From positions 5,056,001 to 5,120,000 of the forward strand of contig OZ244960.1 in the NCBI GenBank assembly GCA_965222605.1: a DNA stretch of 64,000 bases, written 5' to 3'. Origin of the DNA: Candidatus Latescibacterota bacterium. GTDB lineage: Bacteria; Latescibacterota; UBA2968. This document shows positions 19,339 to 28,162 of this stretch, piece after piece. The stretch's first letter is position 1. Each line of letters opens with the position of its first letter. The notes below the pieces were generated by a model. That model had not been told where the DNA came from and did no database searches. It saw only the letters and a list, made by a program, of their open reading frames with translations. A program made the position numbers and the translations under genes.

Positions 19339-20061
19339 CTAAATGCCAATCCGCTTTGGAAATACTGTTACCCCCCAATTCACATACCGGTCTCGCTCCT
19401 CAGGTGTCTCGGCACTCATGCCCACTTTTACAGGTGTGTCTTTTACCTGACCGAGCACGTGTTTCACACAGTCTTCCACTGTCCGAAATGGAAATTGGGG
19501 ATGCGCCTCAATGCTAAACATCAGATCGTTTGGGCCAAAGTTCAACACATCCACCCCTGGCCTGGCTAACTGTGCGGCATTGATTACTGCTTCGACAGAT
19601 TCAATCTGAATTGCCAGCCACCCATACGCATTCCACCAGGCGGCGTATTCCAACCGATCTGGTCGCTCGTCCAGCCCCATCCGATTTACGCCACCCCAAC
19701 TGCGTTTGCCCATCTGGGGATAATAAAAGGCGTTCACGGCCTCATCTACAATTGCCTCGCTTTCGACTTCTGGCACCATAATCCCCGAAGGACCCAAATC
19801 GAGATAATTGCCGATCAGATAGGCGTGGAGGGTGTGTTTAATCCGAATCTGAACGGGTAAATTCAATTCCCGGGCCATCAGGCAAAAAGCCACCAGTTGC
19901 GCTTCGTTAAAAGGCCCGTGTTGTGCATCTACATTTAGATAGTCACATTCGTGTTTTGACAGAATATCTGTTAGTTCTCCCTTTTCAATATCCATTGGTA
20001 CGCCAATAGAATTTACAATTTCACCGTTTCGAATCCGCTGTTTTAGAGTTTTTTCCGGCAT
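19339..20061 (-). CDS. HpcH/HpaI class II pyruvate aldolase family
   Basis: 'VDAQHGP', 'GIMVPEV', 'YPQMGKRSWG', 'IQIES', 'FGPNDL'. Confidence 0.85.
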   Translation of the reverse strand: MPEKTLKQRIRNGEIVNSIGVPMDIEKGELTDILSKHECDYLNVDAQHGPFNEAQLVAFCLMARELNLPVQIRIKHTLHAYLIGNYLDLGPSGIMVPEVESEAIVDEAVNAFYYPQMGKRSWGGVNRMGLDERPDRLEYAAWWNAYGWLAIQIESVEAVINAAQLARPGVDVLNFGPNDLMFSIEAHPQFPFRTVEDCVKHVLGQVKDTPVKVGMSAETPEERDRYVNWGVTVFPKRIGI

Positions 20062-20075
20062 TATACACCTCGTGT

Positions 20076-21179
20076 TCAGTCCAGGTTGTAGAGTTCCCGG
20101 GCATTTTCGGCCATAATTTGTTTTTTTACATCTCGGTCCGATATATTGCGCAGTGCCTGATCGGGCGAATCGAAATCCCAGTGCGGATAATCAGTTGCAA
20201 ACATCAGTTTGTCGTCCATATCCATGTGCGCCAGCATTTGTTCGAAATGCGCCGGGTCTGAAGGCTCTTCTACCGGCTGTGTGGTCAGCCAGACATGGTC
20301 CCGGATATATTCCGAGGGTAGCCGCTTCAAATAGGGGACTTCCATTTTGAGTTTTCGATACCAGCTATCCATCCGCCACATCAATGGTGCCACCCACCCA
20401 AAACCGCCTTCGATCAGAACGATCTTTAAGTCGGGAAATCGCTCAAAAACGCCTTCGTACACATAGCTCGTTACTTGCGCCTGAAATGCCATGGGCATCC
20501 CGCCGTGATCCTGGATATAATGTGCCGCCTTGCCCGCGCCCGTAATTGGGCCAATACCCGTGCCCCCAAAGTGGATGCCGATGGGAAGGTCGTAGTCAAC
20601 GGCTACCTCGTAAATTTTCCAGTATTTCCGTCGTCCCAACGGCTCCATTGTTCGTGCCATGAACATCAGTTGTACAAATCCCGGGTGATCGCCCAGACGT
20701 TCAATTTCAGCGACGGCGAGGTCGGCGTCCTCATACGCGACGGTCAGGGACGCGCGCAACCGATTATCTTTTTCCAGCCACTCGGCTATTTGCCATTCAT
20801 TAACCGCCTGTGCAATCGCAGCCCCATATTCCAGGTTTTGCTGTCCTCCAGCAGGCGATAGCGGGTTCAATATGCCGTAATCTATTTCCCAGGTATCCAG
20901 CAATTGTTCCTGCATAAAGCCCAGATGCGATCCCGGTGGTCCCTCGGGTGGAAATGCATCGTTTCGCGCAGCAAAGGGTACGGCCCTCGGGCAGTTTGAC
21001 CCTGATCGTCTGCGCCCTGCTATGCTCAGATGATAATCTTTCCACGCGCTGGGCATATAATCTACCCATACCTCGGTTGCAGGGGATTGATAGCCATCTA
21101 CATTGTGAATATCGCAATCGATTACCGATAGCTTTTCACTTTTTTTTACCCTGGGTTCTTCTAAAGTAGTCATTGCCAT
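20076..21179 (-). CDS. Amidohydrolase_2 family protein (possible dinuclear oxygenase subunit)
   Basis: 'VIDCDIH', 'GIHFGG', 'VLIEGG', 'TTQP', 'ATDYPHWDFD'. Confidence 0.88.
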   Translation of the reverse strand: MAMTTLEEPRVKKSEKLSVIDCDIHNVDGYQSPATEVWVDYMPSAWKDYHLSIAGRRRSGSNCPRAVPFAARNDAFPPEGPPGSHLGFMQEQLLDTWEIDYGILNPLSPAGGQQNLEYGAAIAQAVNEWQIAEWLEKDNRLRASLTVAYEDADLAVAEIERLGDHPGFVQLMFMARTMEPLGRRKYWKIYEVAVDYDLPIGIHFGGTGIGPITGAGKAAHYIQDHGGMPMAFQAQVTSYVYEGVFERFPDLKIVLIEGGFGWVAPLMWRMDSWYRKLKMEVPYLKRLPSEYIRDHVWLTTQPVEEPSDPAHFEQMLAHMDMDDKLMFATDYPHWDFDSPDQALRNISDRDVKKQIMAENARELYNLD

Positions 21180-21191
21180 AGCGGTATCTCC

Positions 21192-22259
21192 TTACAATCT
21201 GTAAAACGCCCGTGCATTCTCTCTTAAAATGTTTTCCAGTAGCGAATTGGATATCCCTTTTGGTATGGCATCATCTGGCCCGTCAAAATGCCAGTGCGGA
21301 TAATCGGTCGAAAACATCAGTATCTCGTCCGAATCCAGTTGTTCAATCATCTGCAATAGATGTTCAGAATTTATGGGCGCGTCCATTGGTTGTAGCGTTA
21401 TCCGAATGTGTTCTCGCACATAGTCCGATGGCGGTCGTACAACCCAGGGAGTGTCTCGGCGCAGGCCTTTCCACTCTTTGTCCATGCGCCACATCCAGGC
21501 GGGCATCCAGACGAATCCACTTTCGATTAACACCACCCGCAATTCGGGAAATCGCGCAAACGCACCTTCGGAGATTAAGCTCAGGACTTGTGCCTGAAAA
21601 ATCTGCGCCATATCGGCACATTCCTCAATATAGGTCGAAGGCCAGCCCACGGGTGTGGGGGGAAGCGATGAAGCACCGCCAAAATGAATGCCTATTGCCA
21701 GGTTGTGCTTTACAGCAGCCGCGTACATCGGATCGTATTCGCTTTTTCCATATAGAGAATAGGATCGAACAGGGAGTATTACCTGAACAAATCCCGGATG
21801 ATCGCCAAAGCGTTCAATTTCTCGTGCTGCGAGGATGGGATTCTGACTGGGTACGACCAATGAGGCGCGGAGACGCGCTTCTTTCTCCAGCCAGTGATCA
21901 ATTTGCCACTGGTTGACCGCCGTGGCAAGAGACGCCGCGAGGTCTTCGTTGAGCACGCTTTGTACCCAGTAGCCACACGTCAAAATTCCCACTTCTACAT
22001 CCCAGGGATCGAGTATCTGTTTTTGTATCAGTTCCAGATCGGAACCCGGGGGACCATTTGCAGGTCGAGTACCTTGCCGCGCAGATGTGGGTGCGCCACC
22101 TGGATAATCATTCGCGCTGGGGCCCCGAAAATGGGATTCGCGAATATACGCGCCCCAGTGATCCTCCAGATACGGCACAAGGATCTCCAACGAGGCAACC
22201 GCATTGTGGATATCACAATCGATAACGGGGCGGCCGAGGCCTGTAAAATCAGCGGTCAT
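21192..22259 (-). CDS. Amidohydrolase_2 family protein, paralog of the downstream gene
   Basis: 'VIDCDIH', 'GIHFGG', 'VLIESG', 'TLQP', 'STDYPHWHFD'. Confidence 0.88.
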   Translation of the reverse strand: MTADFTGLGRPVIDCDIHNAVASLEILVPYLEDHWGAYIRESHFRGPSANDYPGGAPTSARQGTRPANGPPGSDLELIQKQILDPWDVEVGILTCGYWVQSVLNEDLAASLATAVNQWQIDHWLEKEARLRASLVVPSQNPILAAREIERFGDHPGFVQVILPVRSYSLYGKSEYDPMYAAAVKHNLAIGIHFGGASSLPPTPVGWPSTYIEECADMAQIFQAQVLSLISEGAFARFPELRVVLIESGFVWMPAWMWRMDKEWKGLRRDTPWVVRPPSDYVREHIRITLQPMDAPINSEHLLQMIEQLDSDEILMFSTDYPHWHFDGPDDAIPKGISNSLLENILRENARAFYRL

Positions 22260-22597
22260 TCTTTCTCCAGCAAAGTGTCAATCTCGCGGGCGAGGGTTGG
22301 CAGATTAGTCTGAATCACATCCCAAACTAGCCGATCATCCACATCGGCATAGCCGTGAATAAGGACATTGCGAAAAGCAATGATTCGTTGATACTTGCTG
22401 ATGCGTGAGGCAAGTGCAGAGTCAAGTTTTGCAAGTTGCGCCATGGCTTCGCCGATGATTTCAAACTGACGCTCCACCGCGGAACGCATCATGGTATCAC
22501 GCTCGTAGTCTGCAAACGTCTTGTCATCAGTAAACTCCCTCAGCAGCCCAATGGCGTACTGGATGTCGTACAGGTATTTCTTGATCTCAAGCCTCAT
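22256..22597 (-). CDS. HEPN/DUF86 ribonuclease toxin (HepT-like)
   Basis: 'AVERQFEIIGEA' and R-X4-H motif 'FRNVLIHGY'. ATG at 22597 overlaps the end of the MNT gene. Confidence 0.9.
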   Translation of the reverse strand: MRLEIKKYLYDIQYAIGLLREFTDDKTFADYERDTMMRSAVERQFEIIGEAMAQLAKLDSALASRISKYQRIIAFRNVLIHGYADVDDRLVWDVIQTNLPTLAREIDTLLEKE

Positions 22598-22895
22598 AAA
22601 TCGGCCTCTTGGTTTCCTCAATGGATTGCCGGAAATACGGGTTCTTGATGGCTGAATCGACCACCAAGTCCACGGGTTTTCCAAAGAGCCGTTCCAGGGC
22701 TTCCATCAAGCCGAAGTAAGTGTCGGCATAAGCACCGTCCGGTAACGGTTGAAATTCTACTACAAAATCAAGGTCGCTTTCCTCTGGCCGGTATTGGCTG
22801 GTTACGGCCGATCCGAACAGGTCAAGTCTAAGCACATTGTAACGGAGACACAATTGCTCGAGTTCGGCGGCTTGCTCGCTAACGACTGAAATCAT
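22587..22895 (-). CDS. Minimal nucleotidyltransferase antitoxin (MntA-like)
   Basis: GS-x10-DxD motif 'LFGSAVTSQYRPEESDLDFVVEF', 'PVDLV'. AGGAGG RBS. Confidence 0.9.
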   Translation of the reverse strand: MISVVSEQAAELEQLCLRYNVLRLDLFGSAVTSQYRPEESDLDFVVEFQPLPDGAYADTYFGLMEALERLFGKPVDLVVDSAIKNPYFRQSIEETKRPIYEA

Positions 22896-22940
22896 TATCA
22901 GTCCTCCTGATTTTTGTGAGGTATAAATCCTGTATCTACA

Positions 22941-22967
22941 ATATTTTATTATGAATGAATAAAATAT
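22941..22967. promoter_or_regulatory. AT-rich inverted repeat upstream of MNT-HEPN (candidate operator or terminator)
   Basis: Perfect 10-bp arms ATATTTTATT-N7-AATAAAATAT. Confidence 0.4.
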
Positions 22968-23012
22968 AGACGCCTACACGTTATTCGACCGTTGGTGACG
23001 TGTCGGTAGTTC

Positions 23013-24767
23013 TTATACCTTTTTATGATCCCAATAGTCCAAAGCAAATTCTAAAACCTTTTCTTTTCTTTGATCTATTGAATCCTGATCCCATTGCCCT
23101 GTTTCTTGGTTGAGGAAATCACTCAACTCATTTTGCGTCTTGAGCGGGGCTTTGCGGAAATAATTTTGATTTTTGTACTCGAAAGGTTGGTTTGATTTGC
23201 TGCTATTCGCAGACGTCGGATCAATTGTCAAATTTCCAATACAATGAAGATATATCTCCTGAAAATCTTTGTTTATCTCTGGCAGGATTGATTCAGAGCC
23301 TTCTATAGTAACCTTGTTCTCGTTAGGATTTCGCGGGATGATATGCTCAATTGAGAACTTTGTCCGCGAATCACGGTTGGCAAATACATCGTGGGACATT
23401 TCAGAAAAGATCGGTTGTTCTTTCGCTCTGAGATGATTCTCGTATTTCCAGAATAGATAATTCTTATCATTACCTCCTACCTCATTGTGAAAGTTGGGCG
23501 ACGAAAGATAGCGATCAAACTCGTTATCGTTGCAGTACCAATCAACAAAATTCTTGAGATGATTGATGAGTGCTTCGAAATTCCCGTTAAAGTCCCTGGT
23601 CCGGCTATACAGAAACTCACGTCCCGTAGTTGAGCGGCGTCTCCGAATACCGAATACACGGAAGCAAATAAGCTCAACCAATCGAGCAACCCGTTTGAAA
23701 TTTTGCTTCCCATCCGTCCCATCAAGTTTGTAGGCTTTGACAAGCAAAGGATAAAATAGTGCTGGGCGATTGAGGGCAAAAATATCGAGAAGACGGGGTT
23801 CGCTATTCAAAAGCAACTCCTTCATAATTACAAAGCTCTCCTTCAATTCGCGGCTGTACCTGTCTATGAAAATCTTTGCCTCTGATCTATTGTCATTGAC
23901 AAGTTTGTTCACCTTATTCTTGAGGGTTTGAACATAGTTCTGATACTCACTCTTGTGATTCCATTTTTCAAAAGCGATGAAGTGGGACTGCAAAATTGAA
24001 TTTTCCTCTACCCGATTTTTGATTGTCTCATAGTCTCGGTAGATTTCGCCAAACCAACTTTGGATGGTATTGAGATGGTCCTCGGGATTGCCAGATGCCA
24101 AGTAGGTCTTGTACATCAGAAAACTCTTGGTTTTCTCCAAATTGGTCAGCGATTTGCCGCGATCGTTGGTCGTCTCAAAGATCAGGGTTGCCTCAGCAGC
24201 ATCTTCGACTGAATAGGTCAAGACCTTGGTGCGCTCAATTTTGTCCTTGAACTCCCGCAAGGTTTCAGGCGTATAGTTTTCAAGTCGTTGTCGAAGGTAA
24301 TTTTTCGCCTTACGTAGCCGTTCTTGAGAAGGAGTTCGCACATTGCCATTGGAGAGCGGGTTATCCCCCAATATATAGGATTTGAAGAAGTCGTTATCGT
24401 CCTGCAAAACGCGGAGTTTGTACTTGTCGTAAAGACAAATATATCTGTCTTCCAGTCTCCTAATCTCGATCTTTTTTCCATCTTTTCTAAGTTGATCGAG
24501 AAGTAGTTTCATAAAAATGATGAGCGTTGTGATGCGCTGTTGTCCATCTACAATGTCAATGTTTTCAAAATCATCCGACATTTCCTTTTTTTCTTGAAAG
24601 AGGATAGTGCCCAAAAAGTAATCCCTGTCTAATTTTTGATTTTCTATGTCATCGACAAAGTCTTCGAGGTGCTCTTTTTCCCAAGCGTAAGCTCGTTGAT
24701 ACTTTGGGATGTTAAAAATTTTACTACCATCGAACAACTCTCTGATCGTTTTTTGCCCGTTTTCCAA
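23013..24767 (-). CDS. DUF262 + DUF1524 (HNH) protein, GmrSD-like type IV restriction / SspE-like nuclease
   Basis: 'IPKYQRAYAW', 'DGQQRITT', 'FETTNDRG', HNH 'SIEHIIP...IGNLT...N'. TTG at 24767 after AAGGAGGT. Visibly AT-richer than its flanks. Confidence 0.88.
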   Translation of the reverse strand: MENGQKTIRELFDGSKIFNIPKYQRAYAWEKEHLEDFVDDIENQKLDRDYFLGTILFQEKKEMSDDFENIDIVDGQQRITTLIIFMKLLLDQLRKDGKKIEIRRLEDRYICLYDKYKLRVLQDDNDFFKSYILGDNPLSNGNVRTPSQERLRKAKNYLRQRLENYTPETLREFKDKIERTKVLTYSVEDAAEATLIFETTNDRGKSLTNLEKTKSFLMYKTYLASGNPEDHLNTIQSWFGEIYRDYETIKNRVEENSILQSHFIAFEKWNHKSEYQNYVQTLKNKVNKLVNDNRSEAKIFIDRYSRELKESFVIMKELLLNSEPRLLDIFALNRPALFYPLLVKAYKLDGTDGKQNFKRVARLVELICFRVFGIRRRRSTTGREFLYSRTRDFNGNFEALINHLKNFVDWYCNDNEFDRYLSSPNFHNEVGGNDKNYLFWKYENHLRAKEQPIFSEMSHDVFANRDSRTKFSIEHIIPRNPNENKVTIEGSESILPEINKDFQEIYLHCIGNLTIDPTSANSSKSNQPFEYKNQNYFRKAPLKTQNELSDFLNQETGQWDQDSIDQRKEKVLEFALDYWDHKKV

Positions 24768-24789
24768 AATATACCTCCTTTTGAACTGT

Positions 24790-26445
24790 CTACTTCTTAT
24801 TCCCACTTCCCACTTTTCGTCCGTGTACGTCAAAAAAATCGAAAATAGACGGCAGGGCTGTGAACCATATTGTGTTGTGCGTATCGTCAGGGGTTTCGTT
24901 ATAGGTGAAATTTTTCATATACTTTGCCAACAGTTTTGCGGTGCGTCGAGCGGGTTCTGCCAGCGCGACCATGTCCTTTGTCCCTTGTGAAAATAGTACG
25001 GGAAGATCGGCATGCGGTTTGGCGTGTCTCGATCTTACCCACCGCCCGCTGGCCGCGATCGGGGCGATGGCGGCAAATTTTTCGGCATGTCTCAATCCCA
25101 AGATCCAGGTGCCGCCTCCACCCATCGAATGACCGGTGAGGTACACGCGCTCTGGATCAATATTGTAGATAGATAATACGCGATCCAATACATCCATGAC
25201 ATCTTGCCCGCCAATCCCGCGATACCCAGTAAAAGGTCCGCGTCCACTCGGCGCAACAAGTAAATATCCGCGTTCTTGTGATAGACGCTTGCCCAGGTTC
25301 TCTGTTTCGCCTCTTCTGCGCCGGTCTAACCAGGTGTTTTCACTGCCAGATGCACCGTGAAGGCCAATTATCAGTGGCCATGATCGATCCGGCGTATATC
25401 CCTCTGGCACAAATATGCGATAGGGTACGAGCTGGCTGTCAACGGCTGACCGATACGCGAGGTGGAAGTCGCCAGTGCTTTTCTTCAGGGGATCTTTTTT
25501 TTCCAAAAGTGCCGAAGATAGGGTTTTGGCGAGTTCGATGTCCGCCGGTATGTTAATCGCGCCGCGCCATGTCAATCCTCTGCCGCCACCGCGGTATTTC
25601 ATGACCATAGGTTGCGCTGTTCGCCTGAGATCGCCCACATATTTGGCGTGCATTTTCTCGAGATGCGCGACGATATATTCGATTGTTTCAACGGCTGCTC
25701 GCTGGGTCGCACCACGGGACGCGATATTCTCACCCTGCAAGATTTTTAGCCGTGTTTGCAAAATTTTCAGGCGTGAAGACATTGCATCTGTGTGCAAAAA
25801 AGCCCGCGTGAATCTCAGCAAAACTTTGCCCGCTGGATCGCGCAATTCATAGCGCACACCTGCTGGCCCTTCGGGCAAACCCGCTGTTGATAAGGTGCAA
25901 TTGAAAGCGCGGATAGACGAAATGGGTAGTACGCGCTCGTCAACCACACCCTTAGTTCCTCGCAGCGATAGCCGAGCTGTATATTCGTCTGAAAGTGGAT
26001 GCCCAAGAGAGAAGAGGGGATTCAGTTGCACATGAAGCGTGTCACCCGTGTTTGTGATGGTGCGATTTAATACCAGATCGTAACTTGCGGCGAGTTCTGT
26101 ACCTTCGCCATAGCCCTTGTCTTGTGCCATTGCCATAAATCGTATAAACAGGCGATAGGCGCGATAGTTGTCTTTTTTTTCAAAAGCATCGAAAGCAGCA
26201 TCCGATAGTGTCTGGAGATCGGGTGGTACGCCCTCATCTGTTTTTTTTAGGCGATTCAATATAGAGCGCGTGACCACTGTAAATGCGCGGGCATCTTCCC
26301 AGGCGACATTGTCGAGTTGTTCGCCTTCGAGGGTGGTGATAGGAGGCTGGGCATGGCCTCTCACACAGGTTCCTATTATACAGAATAGGAATATGCCGCA
26401 TATTGAGGAGTACTTGCGAAAAAGATGAGGGAAAGAGATGGGCAT
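24790..26445 (-). CDS. Secreted alpha/beta-hydrolase (esterase / peptidase S9-like)
   Basis: Signal peptide, 'LIIGLHG', nucleophile 'TGHSMGGGG', Asp 'QGTKD', His 'DTHN'. Confidence 0.82.
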   Translation of the reverse strand: MPISFPHLFRKYSSICGIFLFCIIGTCVRGHAQPPITTLEGEQLDNVAWEDARAFTVVTRSILNRLKKTDEGVPPDLQTLSDAAFDAFEKKDNYRAYRLFIRFMAMAQDKGYGEGTELAASYDLVLNRTITNTGDTLHVQLNPLFSLGHPLSDEYTARLSLRGTKGVVDERVLPISSIRAFNCTLSTAGLPEGPAGVRYELRDPAGKVLLRFTRAFLHTDAMSSRLKILQTRLKILQGENIASRGATQRAAVETIEYIVAHLEKMHAKYVGDLRRTAQPMVMKYRGGGRGLTWRGAINIPADIELAKTLSSALLEKKDPLKKSTGDFHLAYRSAVDSQLVPYRIFVPEGYTPDRSWPLIIGLHGASGSENTWLDRRRRGETENLGKRLSQERGYLLVAPSGRGPFTGYRGIGGQDVMDVLDRVLSIYNIDPERVYLTGHSMGGGGTWILGLRHAEKFAAIAPIAASGRWVRSRHAKPHADLPVLFSQGTKDMVALAEPARRTAKLLAKYMKNFTYNETPDDTHNTIWFTALPSIFDFFDVHGRKVGSGNKK

Positions 26446-26593
26446 AAGTGTCTCCTTTTTATAAATCAACGAATCATTCGACAAAATAAGTTGCCATTAG
26501 GAAAAAAGCAAGGCTAAGGAACAATTCCGACTTGTGCGATGCGGAATCCCACTTTATCATGGTCTGTCGCTATTTTCGGCGATTGCCAACCCT

Positions 26594-28138
26594 ATGCAAA
26601 GGATAAACTTGACTTCTACTGCCCGCAAATCCATTGTTGTTTTTCTTTTTTTGCTTCCTTGTCCCATTTTCGCAGATGTTTCTCTGCCCGCGATTTTTTC
26701 AGATAATATGGTGTTGCAGCGGCAAATTGCAATATCCGTGTGGGGAAATGCCAGTGCCAATGAAGAGATTACCATTGAGTTAGATACCCAGCGCGTGACG
26801 ATCACAGCAGATGCAGGTGGCACCTGGCAGATCCACCTGAGTCCCATGAGTGCTGGAGGCCCGTATCAACTCACCGTGCGCGGCAAGAATGTCATCACTT
26901 TTAACAATGTGATGGTGGGAGAAGTCTGGGTCTGTTCGGGACAATCCAATATGGCCTGGACCGTCAGGCGTTCTCAAAACGCGGAGGATGAAATCAAAGC
27001 GGCAGATTTTCCCAATATCAGGCTTTTTACGGTCAAACGCAGTGCCGCTCAAAGGCCGGCACAAGATGTTGAGGGCACATGGAGTGTATGCGATACGGGT
27101 AGCGTTGGCAATTTTTCTGCGGTGGCCTATTATTCTGGACGCCGCCTGTATAAAACCCAGAACGTGCCCATTGGTCTTATCAACACATCCTGGGGGGGTA
27201 CACCGGCTGAAGCCTGGACTTCATTGCCCGCGCTTCAAGCCATACCGGAGTATGCGCCGCTGGGCAAACGCTGGGCAGAACACATCGCCGCTTATCCCGA
27301 AGCACAGGAGAGATTTCAGAGCAGACTTGCAGTGTGGCGTGCAAATACCGATAGCTTGCGCGCCCAGGGGCAACGCCGGCCGCGAGCACCGCGCGGTCCG
27401 AATCATCCCCATCGCCCGTCTGTGCTCTACAATGGGATGATCGCGCCCATCGTTCCATATTCCATTCGCGGTGCGATATGGTATCAGGGGGAATCAAATG
27501 CTGGTCGCGCGTATCAATATCGCGCGTTGTTTCCGGCTATGATTCAGAACTGGCGTTCGAGTTGGGGGCAGGGCGCATTTCCGTTTTTCTTTGTTCAGCT
27601 TGCCAATTTCAGACAGGTAAAGGAAAATCCCGAGGAAAGCGCCTGGGCTGAATTGCGCGAGGCGCAATTGATGGCACTTTCATTGCCAAATACCGGTATG
27701 GCTGTGACGATTGATATCGGAGAGGCAGACGATATTCATCCACGGAATAAACAGGATGTTGGATTGCGTCTGGCTCTGGGGGCAGAAGCTATGGTCTATA
27801 GTATGGATCAACCGCATTCTGGTCCCGCTTATCGGACTATGGCTGTTGAAGAAAATAAAATTCGCCTGCGATTTGATCACGCATACAGCGGCTTAAAGGC
27901 AAAGGGAGACGCGCTCAAAGGTTTTGCGATTGCCGGGCAAGATCGCAAATTCGTTTGGGCAGAGGCAAAAATTGACGGGAATGATGTACTGGTCTGGAGC
28001 AAAGATATCCAGCAACCCGTTGCAGTGAGATACGCATGGGCAGATAATCCAATTTGCAATTTGTACAATGGGGCAGATTTGCCAGCATCGCCATTTCGCA
28101 CGGATGAATGGCCCGGTATCACCGCCGACCGGCAGTAA
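26594..28138 (+). CDS. Sialate O-acetylesterase (SASA) family
   Basis: 'FSDNMVLQR', 'GEVWVCSGQSNM', 'WGGT', 'WYQGESN', 'DIHPRNK', 'VRYAW', 'PFRTD'. Exact start uncertain. Confidence 0.92.
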   Translation: MQRINLTSTARKSIVVFLFLLPCPIFADVSLPAIFSDNMVLQRQIAISVWGNASANEEITIELDTQRVTITADAGGTWQIHLSPMSAGGPYQLTVRGKNVITFNNVMVGEVWVCSGQSNMAWTVRRSQNAEDEIKAADFPNIRLFTVKRSAAQRPAQDVEGTWSVCDTGSVGNFSAVAYYSGRRLYKTQNVPIGLINTSWGGTPAEAWTSLPALQAIPEYAPLGKRWAEHIAAYPEAQERFQSRLAVWRANTDSLRAQGQRRPRAPRGPNHPHRPSVLYNGMIAPIVPYSIRGAIWYQGESNAGRAYQYRALFPAMIQNWRSSWGQGAFPFFFVQLANFRQVKENPEESAWAELREAQLMALSLPNTGMAVTIDIGEADDIHPRNKQDVGLRLALGAEAMVYSMDQPHSGPAYRTMAVEENKIRLRFDHAYSGLKAKGDALKGFAIAGQDRKFVWAEAKIDGNDVLVWSKDIQQPVAVRYAWADNPICNLYNGADLPASPFRTDEWPGITADRQ

Positions 28139-28162
28139 GTCCCATCTCTACAGGAGATAGAA

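Noticed and set aside
22896-23012. Integron cassette array (TA and restriction genes as cassettes)
   Set aside because: No convincing attC (RYYYAAC...GTTRRRY) structure and no integrase in the window.
24798-24818. TTCCCAC heptamer tandem at the esterase 3' end
   Set aside because: Only about two copies, which is too weak to call.
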